Of a DNA stretch of 64,000 nucleotides, positions 40,220-50,302 are shown piece by piece; position 1 is the first letter of the stretch, and each line of letters begins with the position of its first letter. The translations under genes and the position numbers were made by a program. The stretch covers positions 149,151 to 213,150 of the IMG/VR virus record IMGVR_UViG_3300033997_000136; one strand, 5' to 3'. The notes under the pieces were generated by a model that worked only from the letters and a program-made list of their open reading frames with translations, ran no database searches and was not told the DNA's origin.

Positions 40220-41869
40220 ATGGCAGATATGAGTCTAGCGGACATCATCAACCCCAATCGAGGTTGGCGGATGATTCATTGGGATGAAGTCTACCGGGGT
40301 GGTAGTGTGGAAGGAAAGATTGTACCTAACGTAGGTGACGCTTTATTTTCTTGGGTAAAACCATTAGAGCGTGTCTACGAGGTTGATTATACCACTGGTT
40401 TGAGTAAATCCATTCCAGATGGTCCACCTGCTGCAAGTGACCAGTTAACCGATGAAGATATTTTACTCGGTGCATACCCAGGTCATCCTCGTGAATCGAA
40501 TGTTATCTTTGTAGATGACAGTGTATTACCTCGTCGGCTGTCGTTTGATAGTCGTCTGAAAATGCCAGGTTCTAAGGTAGCGTACGTTAAAGTCTTCTTT
40601 GGTAGTAATATTGAAGCAGATGGTGAAGTCGTGTCTCGCACCTATGACAGTTCAATGAATGTCACGGGTGAAAACATTCCGATGATAGTCAGTAAATACA
40701 ACACAGATGGAACTGTTTCTGAGAAAGTTCCTGACAACGCGTACATCTCACGTAGTGTTGATAATAAGGATGTACTGACAGCCGTGTTTTACACGTTAGA
40801 TAACGTGGTTCAATCGGTATGTCAATTGCTTGTGTACAATTCACGGTGGATTCGTGACTTGAACGCTACGCAGCGGATTGTGACAGGTATTCACTTACAA
40901 AGTCCAAACATGAGTGATGCGGATAGTCGTACATTGTTGCGACCAATCAACTTACCTGCTGAATCCATTATGATGCAGGGTGTAGTCACGTATCTTGATG
41001 GTAAGCAGCGCGTACTTCCTGTGGATGGAACGAAGTTCTATTTAATGGGTTTGTATCAAAACGTAAGTACGCAACTTGGTTATCGTCAACCGTTTAGTTT
41101 GGCGTATCGCTTAGGTGACGATGAAGTGTATCAAGGCTCACAAGGAAACAACCAACGTCTTGTTATAGAACCGTATACTGCTGTTTCTACAAAAGTAGAT
41201 GGTGCTTATGCTGTGAAGTTGTTTGGTTATCCAGAATGGGTCGATGGTATTAACGGATACCGGATGCGTTACTGGTTGTACAACTTAGAACGTGACCAGT
41301 ATTTTGAAGTGACTTCATTGGTTGAACTGACGTCTAGTTCAGCGGCGTTTGAGCCGTTGGGATATGGTTTCAGACAACAACTCAATGTGGCTTTAGATTT
41401 AAGTCGTGTATCTAACGAGTTCAAAGCACATCGCCATTTACAAAACATCTACGTGACACTTCGTGCACATGGTACTGAAGATACGACCACCTGGTCTGTA
41501 AACTTTGATATCAATCGCGAAGATTACGGGATTGGCTTGTACGCTGAAGCGGACATCATTAACCAGAACTTATGGAATGTGAACATCACAAGTGGTATCA
41601 CAACGATTGAGGAATGGTTAACTCGAATGTTTAGTGACATCCGTCCTATCTTCGATGAAACTGCTGAAGTGAAAGCACCTGACCCTACGCACTTTAAATT
41701 AGTTGTAGGGGATTTTGAACAAGTGTACCCACTTCAAATGTGGAACACTACCTTTTCGATGTCTAGCAATTTAGCAGATGGTCGAAATGTGTATGTTCAC
41801 TTCTTCAGACGCACTGCTACTGAAGATTTGCAATTAGGTGTTGCTGCTATTCCGTGTCGTCATGTGTAA
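40220..41869 (+). CDS. virion structural protein (phiKZ gp26-like)
   Basis: VPNVGD, AYAVKLFGYPEW; synteny. Confidence 0.7.
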   Translation: MADMSLADIINPNRGWRMIHWDEVYRGGSVEGKIVPNVGDALFSWVKPLERVYEVDYTTGLSKSIPDGPPAASDQLTDEDILLGAYPGHPRESNVIFVDDSVLPRRLSFDSRLKMPGSKVAYVKVFFGSNIEADGEVVSRTYDSSMNVTGENIPMIVSKYNTDGTVSEKVPDNAYISRSVDNKDVLTAVFYTLDNVVQSVCQLLVYNSRWIRDLNATQRIVTGIHLQSPNMSDADSRTLLRPINLPAESIMMQGVVTYLDGKQRVLPVDGTKFYLMGLYQNVSTQLGYRQPFSLAYRLGDDEVYQGSQGNNQRLVIEPYTAVSTKVDGAYAVKLFGYPEWVDGINGYRMRYWLYNLERDQYFEVTSLVELTSSSAAFEPLGYGFRQQLNVALDLSRVSNEFKAHRHLQNIYVTLRAHGTEDTTTWSVNFDINREDYGIGLYAEADIINQNLWNVNITSGITTIEEWLTRMFSDIRPIFDETAEVKAPDPTHFKLVVGDFEQVYPLQMWNTTFSMSSNLADGRNVYVHFFRRTATEDLQLGVAAIPCRHV

Positions 41870-41874
41870 CAGTT

Positions 41875-41900
41875 AAGAGAAGACCTTCGGGTCTTCTCTT
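41875..41900 (+). terminator. intrinsic terminator with cUUCGg loop
   Basis: aagagaagacc-ttcg-ggtcttctctt. Confidence 0.8.
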
Positions 41901-41933
41901 CTCTATCCCGTTTTTACGTATTAAGGGTAATTT

Positions 41934-44036
41934 ATGGCTGGCATTTGTTTCCTTGAGGATTGGGCAAGATACCCCAATGCAATTGCAGACACAAAAACAA
42001 AAAACAAGTCATTTATTAAAATGGCACAAACCTACCGTTCTATGGGGATTAAAAACTATTACTTTCACCTTGCGTTATTACAGCCTCAGCTTCAAGGTGT
42101 AGACCCCTATGACCCTAATTTAACTGTACTACAGAAATCTCAAATTCTGTGGGAATGTGACAACAACATTTGGTATTTCTTACGTGAGATTGTTCGTGTA
42201 AAAGGTGCAGGTGAGACTGCTGAAGAATGTATGTACATCGCTGACCGTGCGCAGTTAGCTGCCACATGGCTTATGTTAGCGTGCATCGATTACATTCGAA
42301 TCCAACCACGACAAACTGGTAAGTCGTACGGAACCAACTGCAACACGTTGTGGTTGTTGTATTTTCATTATCAAGATGAAACGATTAACCTCATTACAAA
42401 AGATGAAAAGTTACGCCAGAGTAACATTAAGTCTTACAAAGATATTCGTGATGAGTGGCCGGATTATATCAACCGAAATACGAAGAAAGACGATAACAAC
42501 CAAGCTTCAATGTCATGTCTTTCAAGGAACAATAAGTTATTTACACACGTTGCTCAAAACTCTGAGAAGAGTGCGAACAACTTAGGTCGTGGATTAACAT
42601 CACCTTACTTGCACTTCGATGAACCGCCGTTCATTGCCTTTATTGAAAAGACAATGGTCGGTGCATTGGGTTCAACAGGTAAAGCACGTATTCGTGCTGA
42701 ACGTCGTGGTAAAGTGTTTTGTAACGTATTCACAACGACAGCAGGTGATAAAGATGACCGTGATGGTAAAGTGATTTACCAAATGTGGTCTGATGCTGCA
42801 CCGTTTAACGACATGATGTTTGACTCACTTAATCGAGAAGAACTGATTCGTCTTATTCGAACAAACATGTCTGGTGATGCTGTTACTGTCAACATTACCA
42901 TGAACCATCGTCAGTTAGGGTATGACGATGCATGGTTATTAGACAAGATAGCTGTGGCTCGTGGTAAAGGAGATGACATCGATAAAGATTACATGAACTT
43001 GTGGACAGGGGGTGGTGCGAATAGCGTTATTCCACGTCACTTAACAGAACGAGTTCGTGAATCACAGCGTACACCGCTACGTACAGATGTCAGCCGTGAA
43101 TATTACATGTTTAAGTGGTATGAAGCATTTGACCCTAGCCGCAGTTATCTACTGACAGTGGATACGTCTGATGCAGTGGGTAAGGATGATATCGGTATTA
43201 CATTAGAAGATACAGTGACTGGGAATGTGACGGGAGCTGCAGGGATTAACACAACAAACCTGCAAGACTTTGCGTACTGGGTAGCTGATTTTTTAATCAA
43301 ACACAAAAATGTAACGTTGATTATTGAAAATAAATACAATGCTCAAGTTATCATTGATATCATTTATCTACAATTACTTGCTGCGGGTGAAGATCCATTT
43401 AAACGGATATTCAATCAGATTGTGCAAAACAAGGACGATAGACGCACAGACTACGCTGAAATAGCAGGTGCAAAAGCAAAAGGTCGTATGATTGTTGATA
43501 AGTATCGTCGTGAGTTTGGTTTCTTTACGACAAGTGAATTACGTAGCTTTATGTATTCACAAACGATTATCAATGCTTGTGAAGACAGCGGTCATGGAAT
43601 TCATGATGAGAAACTTATCAATCAAATGTTAAGTCTTATTGTGAAAAACAATCGAGTCGACCACGGACCTGGTGGTCATGATGATATGGTGATTTCCTAT
43701 CTAATGGGCCAATGGTTCTTACGGTTAGGACGGAACCTTTCTTATTACGGTATCGACTACAGTCGGGTATTGAGTCAAATCAACAAAGACGTAGAAGAGA
43801 AAACTGTAGCTGAAGTCTATGAGGATACACAACAAGCGCGGTACGTTGCGCAAATTGAGGACGTCTATGAGCAGCTAAAAACTGCGAAAGACCCGTACAG
43901 TATCTTCCGTCTTGAAGCAAAACTTCAAATGCTGATGGGAAAAGTGGACCGTGTGAAAGCGGGTATACAAACGTATGATGCAATGATTGAAGAGAGTGTT
44001 CGTCAACGCAGAAATAACATCCGCATGAGACGTTAA
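41934..44036 (+). CDS. terL: terminase large subunit
   Basis: Walker A PRQTGKS, Walker B LHFDE, FTTTAG, nuclease VDTS...IENK...HDDMVIS. Confidence 0.93.
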   Translation: MAGICFLEDWARYPNAIADTKTKNKSFIKMAQTYRSMGIKNYYFHLALLQPQLQGVDPYDPNLTVLQKSQILWECDNNIWYFLREIVRVKGAGETAEECMYIADRAQLAATWLMLACIDYIRIQPRQTGKSYGTNCNTLWLLYFHYQDETINLITKDEKLRQSNIKSYKDIRDEWPDYINRNTKKDDNNQASMSCLSRNNKLFTHVAQNSEKSANNLGRGLTSPYLHFDEPPFIAFIEKTMVGALGSTGKARIRAERRGKVFCNVFTTTAGDKDDRDGKVIYQMWSDAAPFNDMMFDSLNREELIRLIRTNMSGDAVTVNITMNHRQLGYDDAWLLDKIAVARGKGDDIDKDYMNLWTGGGANSVIPRHLTERVRESQRTPLRTDVSREYYMFKWYEAFDPSRSYLLTVDTSDAVGKDDIGITLEDTVTGNVTGAAGINTTNLQDFAYWVADFLIKHKNVTLIIENKYNAQVIIDIIYLQLLAAGEDPFKRIFNQIVQNKDDRRTDYAEIAGAKAKGRMIVDKYRREFGFFTTSELRSFMYSQTIINACEDSGHGIHDEKLINQMLSLIVKNNRVDHGPGGHDDMVISYLMGQWFLRLGRNLSYYGIDYSRVLSQINKDVEEKTVAEVYEDTQQARYVAQIEDVYEQLKTAKDPYSIFRLEAKLQMLMGKVDRVKAGIQTYDAMIEESVRQRRNNIRMRR

Positions 44037-44052
44037 AGAGTGGGGGGAAACC

Positions 44053-44442
44053 ATGCGCGCACTGTGGTATCGCAGTAAATCATGGTTTTACATGGGAATG
44101 TGTTTTGTACTTGGATGGTTTATCCACCCTCACGTAGAGGTGGGTGAGTTAGTGCGGTTAAGACGTAAAATCACAACTGATGTTACTAAGGAAAGTAAGT
44201 TTTGGTTTCGGATTAGCACACTAAGTTATCGCATAGGTCGCCAACACGCACATTGGAAGTATGTATTGGTCACGTATGAGGTTAACCCATGCGAACGAAC
44301 TGAATCGTTTAGTGATAAACGAGAACAGTATACACAACATCGATGGTACTACGGATTGTCTGTTCCTGAGTTCTCATTGTTAGTTACTCGCGATTTTCCG
44401 TACATCACGGGAATGCAGTACGATACACCACCTAGCGAATAA
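44053..44442 (+). CDS. hypothetical protein
   Basis: ORF after terL with G-rich RBS; hydrophobic N-terminus. Confidence 0.55.
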   Translation: MRALWYRSKSWFYMGMCFVLGWFIHPHVEVGELVRLRRKITTDVTKESKFWFRISTLSYRIGRQHAHWKYVLVTYEVNPCERTESFSDKREQYTQHRWYYGLSVPEFSLLVTRDFPYITGMQYDTPPSE

Positions 44443-44444
44443 GA

Positions 44445-44474
44445 AGAGAGAGGAGGCAGACGCCTCCTCTCTCT
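44445..44474. terminator. bidirectional intrinsic terminator
   Basis: agagagaggaggc-agac-gcctcctctctct between convergent genes. Confidence 0.85.
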
Positions 44475-44479
44475 ATCTT

Positions 44480-45706
44480 TTATACGTAAAATTCCATAGC
44501 AAGCGTTCGAAGCACAATGTACAACATTAAACCAGTGCGTAACGAAGAGAGCATAGATTCATTTGTCGTTGCTGTTGCTTTCTTACAAATCGATTTGGAT
44601 TGTTCTCGGATATCAAACAACAATGGTTCTGTAGAACGAGGACTACCATATAACGATTTTAGTTTTACAAGGATTACTGCAAAACGAGTAGATGAACGCA
44701 TTAGCTCACGGTTGTTGTTTATGTAATCAAGTGCATGAAGCATGACATTATCAATCAGTTCACTGACATGTTTATCGCCCCCATGACCATGATTGTTAAC
44801 CATGTACTCAAGTGTTTCAACAAACAGTCTCTCATTCATGGTGTGAACTAAATCAACAATCACACCAATGAGTTCCTGACGGATAAATGTATCTTTATCA
44901 ATCAACACTTCATGAGCATAACGCTGCAGTTGAGAACTCTTTCTCACCAAGTCACGTAAATGGAATTCACCATCAATATTCACGGTAGATGAACGCGTTG
45001 TAATTCGAGAATTACTGTTATGCACACGTAGAAATACAGAGTACATTTTCTTTACTACTTCACGAATACGACCTTGAATATCATTTAATGATTTAACAAT
45101 ATCATCGTCAGTTGCAAAGTTTAAGATACTCGGATAACGTTTACCACGGGTATCTAAAATAGACAGTGCTCGATGGTCAATAAGTTTAGACCATGAACCA
45201 TGTTGTTTTAAACTAAACTTGTTATCAAGTGCAGCGTACGTTGCTTCCATGGTTTCACGTTTAGGTTCAAACTTAAAGTAGTTACTTCCTGTCATGAGTG
45301 ACGTGATAAAGCGATAGTGCATCACACGAATAACCGCAACACACCCTTGTTGCTTTTGTTGGGGATTTAACGTTTTACTTGTTGTGAATAAATGAATCAA
45401 GTAAAAACACGTTAAGTTAAATGTATCACTTGATACTTTAAACTCTGGGTTGATAGAGGGTAGTTTGTGTATCTCTTTTTGAAGAATGACTTCATCTACA
45501 CTTAACACTTCATCAAACCAACGATGCATGTCTGAAGCAGTAAAGACAACCCGAGGTGTGCCCATCAGATTTCCACCAAAAAAGGTGATGTTCTCTTCAC
45601 GACTGTTCACCCAGTGTCGTTCATACGTTGTAATACGTTTTAATAAAGCCGCATCAGCAGCTAAATGCCCACATTCTGTTTTGAACACTTGTAATAATGT
45701 AGCCAC
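44480..45706 (-). CDS. conserved phiKZ-like protein, probably virion-associated
   Basis: 408 aa; FFGGNLMG, VSSDTFNL, KFSLKQHGSW, RTGLMLYIVLR. Confidence 0.65.
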   Translation of the reverse strand: MATLLQVFKTECGHLAADAALLKRITTYERHWVNSREENITFFGGNLMGTPRVVFTASDMHRWFDEVLSVDEVILQKEIHKLPSINPEFKVSSDTFNLTCFYLIHLFTTSKTLNPQQKQQGCVAVIRVMHYRFITSLMTGSNYFKFEPKRETMEATYAALDNKFSLKQHGSWSKLIDHRALSILDTRGKRYPSILNFATDDDIVKSLNDIQGRIREVVKKMYSVFLRVHNSNSRITTRSSTVNIDGEFHLRDLVRKSSQLQRYAHEVLIDKDTFIRQELIGVIVDLVHTMNERLFVETLEYMVNNHGHGGDKHVSELIDNVMLHALDYINNNRELMRSSTRFAVILVKLKSLYGSPRSTEPLLFDIREQSKSICKKATATTNESMLSSLRTGLMLYIVLRTLAMEFYV

Positions 45707-45791
45707 ACGCCACCCCCATAAATTTTCATAGAATACGTCTATGATGTGGACACTCTTTTAAATCGCTCTAGAATCAATTAAGGATACGTTT

Positions 45792-46025
45792 ATGGAAAAC
45801 CTATACGCTACTATTCATCAATACCGAGAAGAGGTTCTAAAGTCATTAGAGAACGCCTCAGGTGACATAGAACAAACGCTTGTCACTGCTGAACAAACAC
45901 TACGTAAACAAGTGCAAGAACTTTGTTTACAACAAGGTGTATCGATGGATTCTATTCCAGAGAACATGTTACGCTTTGAGTCGGATTTAGCCAGTCGTTT
46001 TAATAAACCTGTTATTATTCACTAG
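45792..46025 (+). CDS. hypothetical protein
   Basis: ORF with AAGGA RBS and terminator. Confidence 0.65.
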   Translation: MENLYATIHQYREEVLKSLENASGDIEQTLVTAEQTLRKQVQELCLQQGVSMDSIPENMLRFESDLASRFNKPVIIH

Positions 46026-46051
46026 AAGAAGAGGGGTTTCCCTCTTCTTCT
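46024..46051 (+). terminator. intrinsic terminator
   Basis: agaagaagaggg-gttt-ccctcttcttct. Confidence 0.8.
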
Positions 46052-46154
46052 CTTATTTCGCCTTTAATTTTCAACAACTTATACACTTTGACCCGTGTGA
46101 TGAAACTATCATCTGCTCCCTTAGGGAGTACATTTCATCTACAAAGGATTCATT

Positions 46155-46571
46155 ATGAACTTAACTGGCTTTTATCAAAAGAGTTATTGTCTTACCACAG
46201 GACACTGTATCAATGTCATTGGTTCAGAAGTCCACATGTACATGAAGACAGATAAGAGTATCAATTACATCGGTTCGTTAGCTGGCTTTCAAAGTCACTA
46301 CCCAGAACTGTATGCCAAGTGCAAAGAATTAGATGAAGGCTATTTAGATGTTGAGAAATCAGGATGGTCTCCTGTTTCTATTGAAATCACACGCAAAGAT
46401 AGAGTCGCGTTGCTACAGGCTATGCATAAACCCGCTGTAACGCTCTGTGTAGCATCAGACCAGCCGAACACGATTTATTTAGGCGAAGGTGTGGATGCAC
46501 TCAGTATCGCTCCGTATCGTGATTTGAGCGCGTTACAACGACTCGTCAGTATGGAGATGCATTCTGCGTAA
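46155..46571 (+). CDS. hypothetical protein
   Basis: ORF with AAGGA RBS. Confidence 0.7.
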   Translation: MNLTGFYQKSYCLTTGHCINVIGSEVHMYMKTDKSINYIGSLAGFQSHYPELYAKCKELDEGYLDVEKSGWSPVSIEITRKDRVALLQAMHKPAVTLCVASDQPNTIYLGEGVDALSIAPYRDLSALQRLVSMEMHSA

Positions 46572-47169
46572 TATTCGCTGATTTGCGTTGCCTATTTATA
46601 CTCATGATCTTTATTTAGATACCTCCGGTAGGAGTAGTAGATAAATAAAGATCATTCTATCCTTAGATAGAATTAGTTAGCGTAGCTTATATAACTTTGC
46701 TCTTTTGTTTTAATGATTGTTTCTTTTAAACTACTTTATAACTTTTATCTAAAAACTAATATCTATCTTTGATTAGATAGTAACTGAGAGAGGCTTATAA
46801 GCCTCTCTCATGGGTTATTCTATCTCTTTTATTTTTATTAAAATAATTTTATATTTGTTTGTACTTTATTTTATGTGAATAAAAGCGGAGTACAGATAAG
46901 GAACGAAGTGGATTAGATGGACGACAACCTAACTCATCGCAGCGTAGGCGCAGCGGAGGGGTACGGAACGTACACTGTAGCGGAAATAGCCGAAGCGAGA
47001 AAACCATTACTTCTATCTTTTCGAAGGGCCAAAGGCCCTTCTATGTATGTATGTATGCAGATTATAAAGTTTTTATGTAAAAAATTATTTAATGAATAAA
47101 ACAGAATAGGAGAAGCAGATAGCTTCTCTTTTTTATATGTCTTTTTAAAAAACTATTGAGAATCTAGAT
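46572..47169. other. 600-bp non-coding AT-rich, hairpin-rich locus (candidate origin or ssDNA signal)
   Basis: 14-bp IR atgatctttattta/taaataaagatcat, 26-bp palindrome 46785-46810, AT tracts, seven CGNAG motifs at 46886-46995, (TATG)4 at 47042-47057. Confidence 0.45.
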
Positions 47170-48060
47170 ATGAATGCAAAGTATGGCTATCATCTATCGT
47201 TTAATGGTGAGTTAGAGGGAAAGTGGATACCTAGACAACCCGATGGGTACGATGAGCAGAACAATAAAGATTCTACAATAGGGGAACCATCAGTCGCTCG
47301 AATTAGCGTAGCACCGACTATAGAAGGATGTATTCGTGCTATTTATCCAAACGTATTTAGATTCTTTGAAAAGAATAACTATCCTTACATTGATATGTAT
47401 GTGTACAGTCCAGAGAAGTTATTAAAGCGTGATGTTGTTTCTACAAAAGAGTTAACAACAAAACGCTATGTATGGGATGCACATGTAACAGGGGAGTTTT
47501 GGATTATCCATCCTGTGGTAATGAAACGTATTGCAAAGATACGGATAATGAATCCAGGAAAGAACAATGTGATGCATACGTATCCATTTAATGATAAGTC
47601 AGTGGGTGAATTGTATGACATACGCCCAGCAATCGTGGACTATAGTGTACGCGAATTGTATATTGATGAGGAAGTGAGAATGACCAGTCAAGAAACGAAG
47701 TTAGCTGCATTGATGACACGGTTACAAAGTAGTCAACAAATGCAAGAAGAAATGAAGAAGCTAATCCAGGAAGAAGCACAAGCTGTGCTTATTACTCCAG
47801 CGAACTACGACGAAGTAGATGCTGCTGAGTTTGCACTTGCGGTGCATTCGATGATTAAAGAACCTGAAAAGCATGTGGTGATTATTGCTGAAGAAGATGA
47901 TGGGGTGGTGTATACGGATGAACAAGGTCCTCGTGTACGTCAAGTCTCATCTATCTTAAAAGAAGCCGGTGTGACTGTGTATGACAGTGTAGACGCCTTT
48001 CAAGAAGTGATAGAAGGCCAAACTCATGTGACTGGGGATGATACCACAACGGTAGAATAA
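47170..48060 (+). CDS. two-domain protein: ART-like virion domain plus nucleoside 2-deoxyribosyltransferase-like C-terminal domain
   Basis: YHLS...WIPR...ARISVAPTIEGC...TGEFW; C-terminal VLITP...KEPEK...GVTVYDSV; in-frame internal GAGGA + ATG at 47680. Confidence 0.5.
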   Translation: MNAKYGYHLSFNGELEGKWIPRQPDGYDEQNNKDSTIGEPSVARISVAPTIEGCIRAIYPNVFRFFEKNNYPYIDMYVYSPEKLLKRDVVSTKELTTKRYVWDAHVTGEFWIIHPVVMKRIAKIRIMNPGKNNVMHTYPFNDKSVGELYDIRPAIVDYSVRELYIDEEVRMTSQETKLAALMTRLQSSQQMQEEMKKLIQEEAQAVLITPANYDEVDAAEFALAVHSMIKEPEKHVVIIAEEDDGVVYTDEQGPRVRQVSSILKEAGVTVYDSVDAFQEVIEGQTHVTGDDTTTVE

Positions 48061-48063
48061 GCG

Positions 48064-48091
48064 AAGAGAGGAGGCTACTGCCTCCTCTCTT
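48064..48091. terminator. bidirectional intrinsic terminator
   Basis: aagagaggaggc-tact-gcctcctctctt-like IR between convergent genes. Confidence 0.85.
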
Positions 48092-48096
48092 CTTAG

Positions 48097-48918
48097 TTAT
48101 CCGCGATTCATCATTAAACCAATAAATTTCTTCATGCGATTTCTGTCGTTTGTAAATTGAGCTTTACCCCATTTCTCTTTAAAGATAGTTTGATACAACT
48201 CATTTGCATCTGCGTATCCTTCGACGACTTGTTTGAAGACACCTAAACTAAAACCGCCTTTGATTTTATCATCTCCTAATTTAATGATAAGATGATTGTA
48301 GACATACGCCTTGACTGCATACTCTACCATCTCAGCATAAAGTGGGAACAGGCTAGGTTTTAACGTGTTCATGTTTTCATCATGAGAGATGTTAAGCACG
48401 ACGTACAATTGTGTTGCATTAATAACCGCTTGGTCTTGCATCACAATCGTAGTAGGACCAATAGGTTCTACATGACAGGTGTTTACAATCGGTAATGATG
48501 CAACAGAGCGATACATTTCAATGGCTGCGTTAAGAAGCATATTCCCTGAAGAACGTGAGTTGGTAGGGAACCATGAATGTGCGATGTTGGTGTAGTGTAC
48601 ACTCTTTACAGAGATGATACGACGACCCCCGAGTAATTCTGCAGGGATATCGTAGGTACGTGTGTATACATCGTGGTCAGTACGTTTACATTTGTTTAAA
48701 TCCACAGCAATTTCTAAAGCACCTTTTAAACCACAGTCAACGTTGACTCGGTCATTAATGACTTTATGACGAATGTTGTGTTCTACAAAATCAAATGTGT
48801 TTGAAGGAGAATCAAAAGCACTAGCAAAGCTGCGAGGCGCAGTTTTAAACGCTTCTTTTAAAATCTCTTCAGGCACCACATGTTTAACGTGGTTTAATGC
48901 ATAGTTGATAGCGTTCAT
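48097..48918 (-). CDS. conserved virion structural protein
   Basis: Start moved to MNAINYAL at 48918 (AAGGA RBS); AVKAYVYN, GYADANELY motifs; divergent from phuZ. Confidence 0.65.
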   Translation of the reverse strand: MNAINYALNHVKHVVPEEILKEAFKTAPRSFASAFDSPSNTFDFVEHNIRHKVINDRVNVDCGLKGALEIAVDLNKCKRTDHDVYTRTYDIPAELLGGRRIISVKSVHYTNIAHSWFPTNSRSSGNMLLNAAIEMYRSVASLPIVNTCHVEPIGPTTIVMQDQAVINATQLYVVLNISHDENMNTLKPSLFPLYAEMVEYAVKAYVYNHLIIKLGDDKIKGGFSLGVFKQVVEGYADANELYQTIFKEKWGKAQFTNDRNRMKKFIGLMMNRG

Positions 48919-49004
48919 AATGCGTTCCTTTACTACAGCATAGAGAGAATGAAATAGAAATCTATACCATAGTCTTAGATAGAAGTATGGAATAGATAAA
49001 AAAT

Positions 49005-49018
49005 AAGACACACATTAT
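49005..49018 (+). promoter_or_regulatory. early promoter-like box aagacaCACATTAT upstream of phuZ
   Basis: Recurrent motif. Confidence 0.55.
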
Positions 49019-49094
49019 AGATAGGATACCCCAACAAAAAGAACGGTATCTTTTGAATGAATGTATTTTGTTTATCCCCACAGGAGTTTAACAC

Positions 49095-50105
49095 ATGTCC
49101 GCAAAGAAAGAAATGCAAACTGCCACTCAATCCGCTGAAAAGAAACCAGCCGTATTACGGTTATGGGGATGTGGTGGTGCTGGTATCAATATTGCATCGC
49201 GTTACATTGACAGCAAACCTGAAGAAGGGTGTGCGATTATTAAGCCTGCGTTCTTAGACACCAGCGACAGTAACTTAGGTTCAATGGATTACCCTGACAA
49301 GTATCTGATTCCAGGTGTAAATGGTAGCGGTGCAGTGCGTGGTACAAATGCTGAACCTATCTCTAAAAGCATCAAAAACATTTTAGCGTCTATTTCACCA
49401 GGTGATGTAAACGTTATCATTAGCAGTGCCGGTGGTGGCAGCGGTGCGGTGTTCTCTGCGTTGCTAACAGGTGAACTTTTGGATATGAATCAGAAGGTGT
49501 TTGTGATTCTGATTGGTAGTACCGAATCGCGTATCCGTACTGAAAACACAATCAAGGCATTAAGTAACTTAGAGCTGATTGCTGAAGATACGAATCAGCC
49601 TGTGAACGTGCACTATTTGCAAAACGTAGAGAGTCGTACCAAAGTCGATAAAGATGCTATCGCTGCTATCGCCGCCTTTAGCTTAGTGACAAGCAACATG
49701 CATCTGGGTCTTGACCCTGAAGACATCCATAACTTCTTACGTCACCACCGTTTCACAGGTGCATCTCCACGCCTGACTATGTTAGACATTATTGTACAGA
49801 CTGAAAAGTCTGATGTGTCTGACAAGTTAGCATCGTACGACGCACCGTACAGTATCTTGTCCTTGTACAACAACCAAGACGATGTGCGCACCAACATCCC
49901 CGCAGATTACGACACGCAGGGTTTCTGTAACTTAGCGTCAAAGAGCTTGAGTGAACTTCACTTAATCACTCATGATGGCGTTGCAGTTATTTACAAACAG
50001 TTGTCTGACTTAAACCAAAAGATAGCAACTGCACGTGAAAGCGTGGTGCAACGTGAATCAATTGCCGCTGAAGGTGCTGTGAAAGGTAAACGTTTAGTTC
50101 TGTAA
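49095..50105 (+). CDS. phuZ: PhuZ phage tubulin
   Basis: GCGGAGINI, DTS, GSGAVR, tubulin signature GGGSG, DPEDI; AGGAG RBS. Confidence 0.93.
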   Translation: MSAKKEMQTATQSAEKKPAVLRLWGCGGAGINIASRYIDSKPEEGCAIIKPAFLDTSDSNLGSMDYPDKYLIPGVNGSGAVRGTNAEPISKSIKNILASISPGDVNVIISSAGGGSGAVFSALLTGELLDMNQKVFVILIGSTESRIRTENTIKALSNLELIAEDTNQPVNVHYLQNVESRTKVDKDAIAAIAAFSLVTSNMHLGLDPEDIHNFLRHHRFTGASPRLTMLDIIVQTEKSDVSDKLASYDAPYSILSLYNNQDDVRTNIPADYDTQGFCNLASKSLSELHLITHDGVAVIYKQLSDLNQKIATARESVVQRESIAAEGAVKGKRLVL

Positions 50106-50110
50106 AAACT

Positions 50111-50138
50111 AGAAGGAGAGGGTAACACCTCTCCTTCT
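50111..50138 (+). terminator. intrinsic terminator
   Basis: agaaggagagg-gtaaca-cctctccttct plus T tract. Confidence 0.85.
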
Positions 50139-50255
50139 TTTATCTCTTTTTTATTTTTTGTTTATAGAACGCTCTAGAATCGATTATAATAGAAAAAGAT
50201 ACATAGGTAAGCCATGTTATGTTTAGAACGCTCTACGTCTTTTGTACGCATTTTA

Positions 50256-50268
50256 AAGTATACATTAT
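50256..50268 (+). promoter_or_regulatory. early promoter-like box aagtaTACATTAT
   Basis: Recurrent motif, 35 bp upstream of ATG 50303. Confidence 0.55.
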
Positions 50269-50302
50269 TAAGATAGTGTAACCATTATAAAAAAGGAATC
50301 TC

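Noticed and set aside
46917-47099. 60-aa ORF in the non-coding locus
   Set aside because: Runs through motif clusters, a hairpin and a (TATG)4 tract; weak RBS and not protein-like
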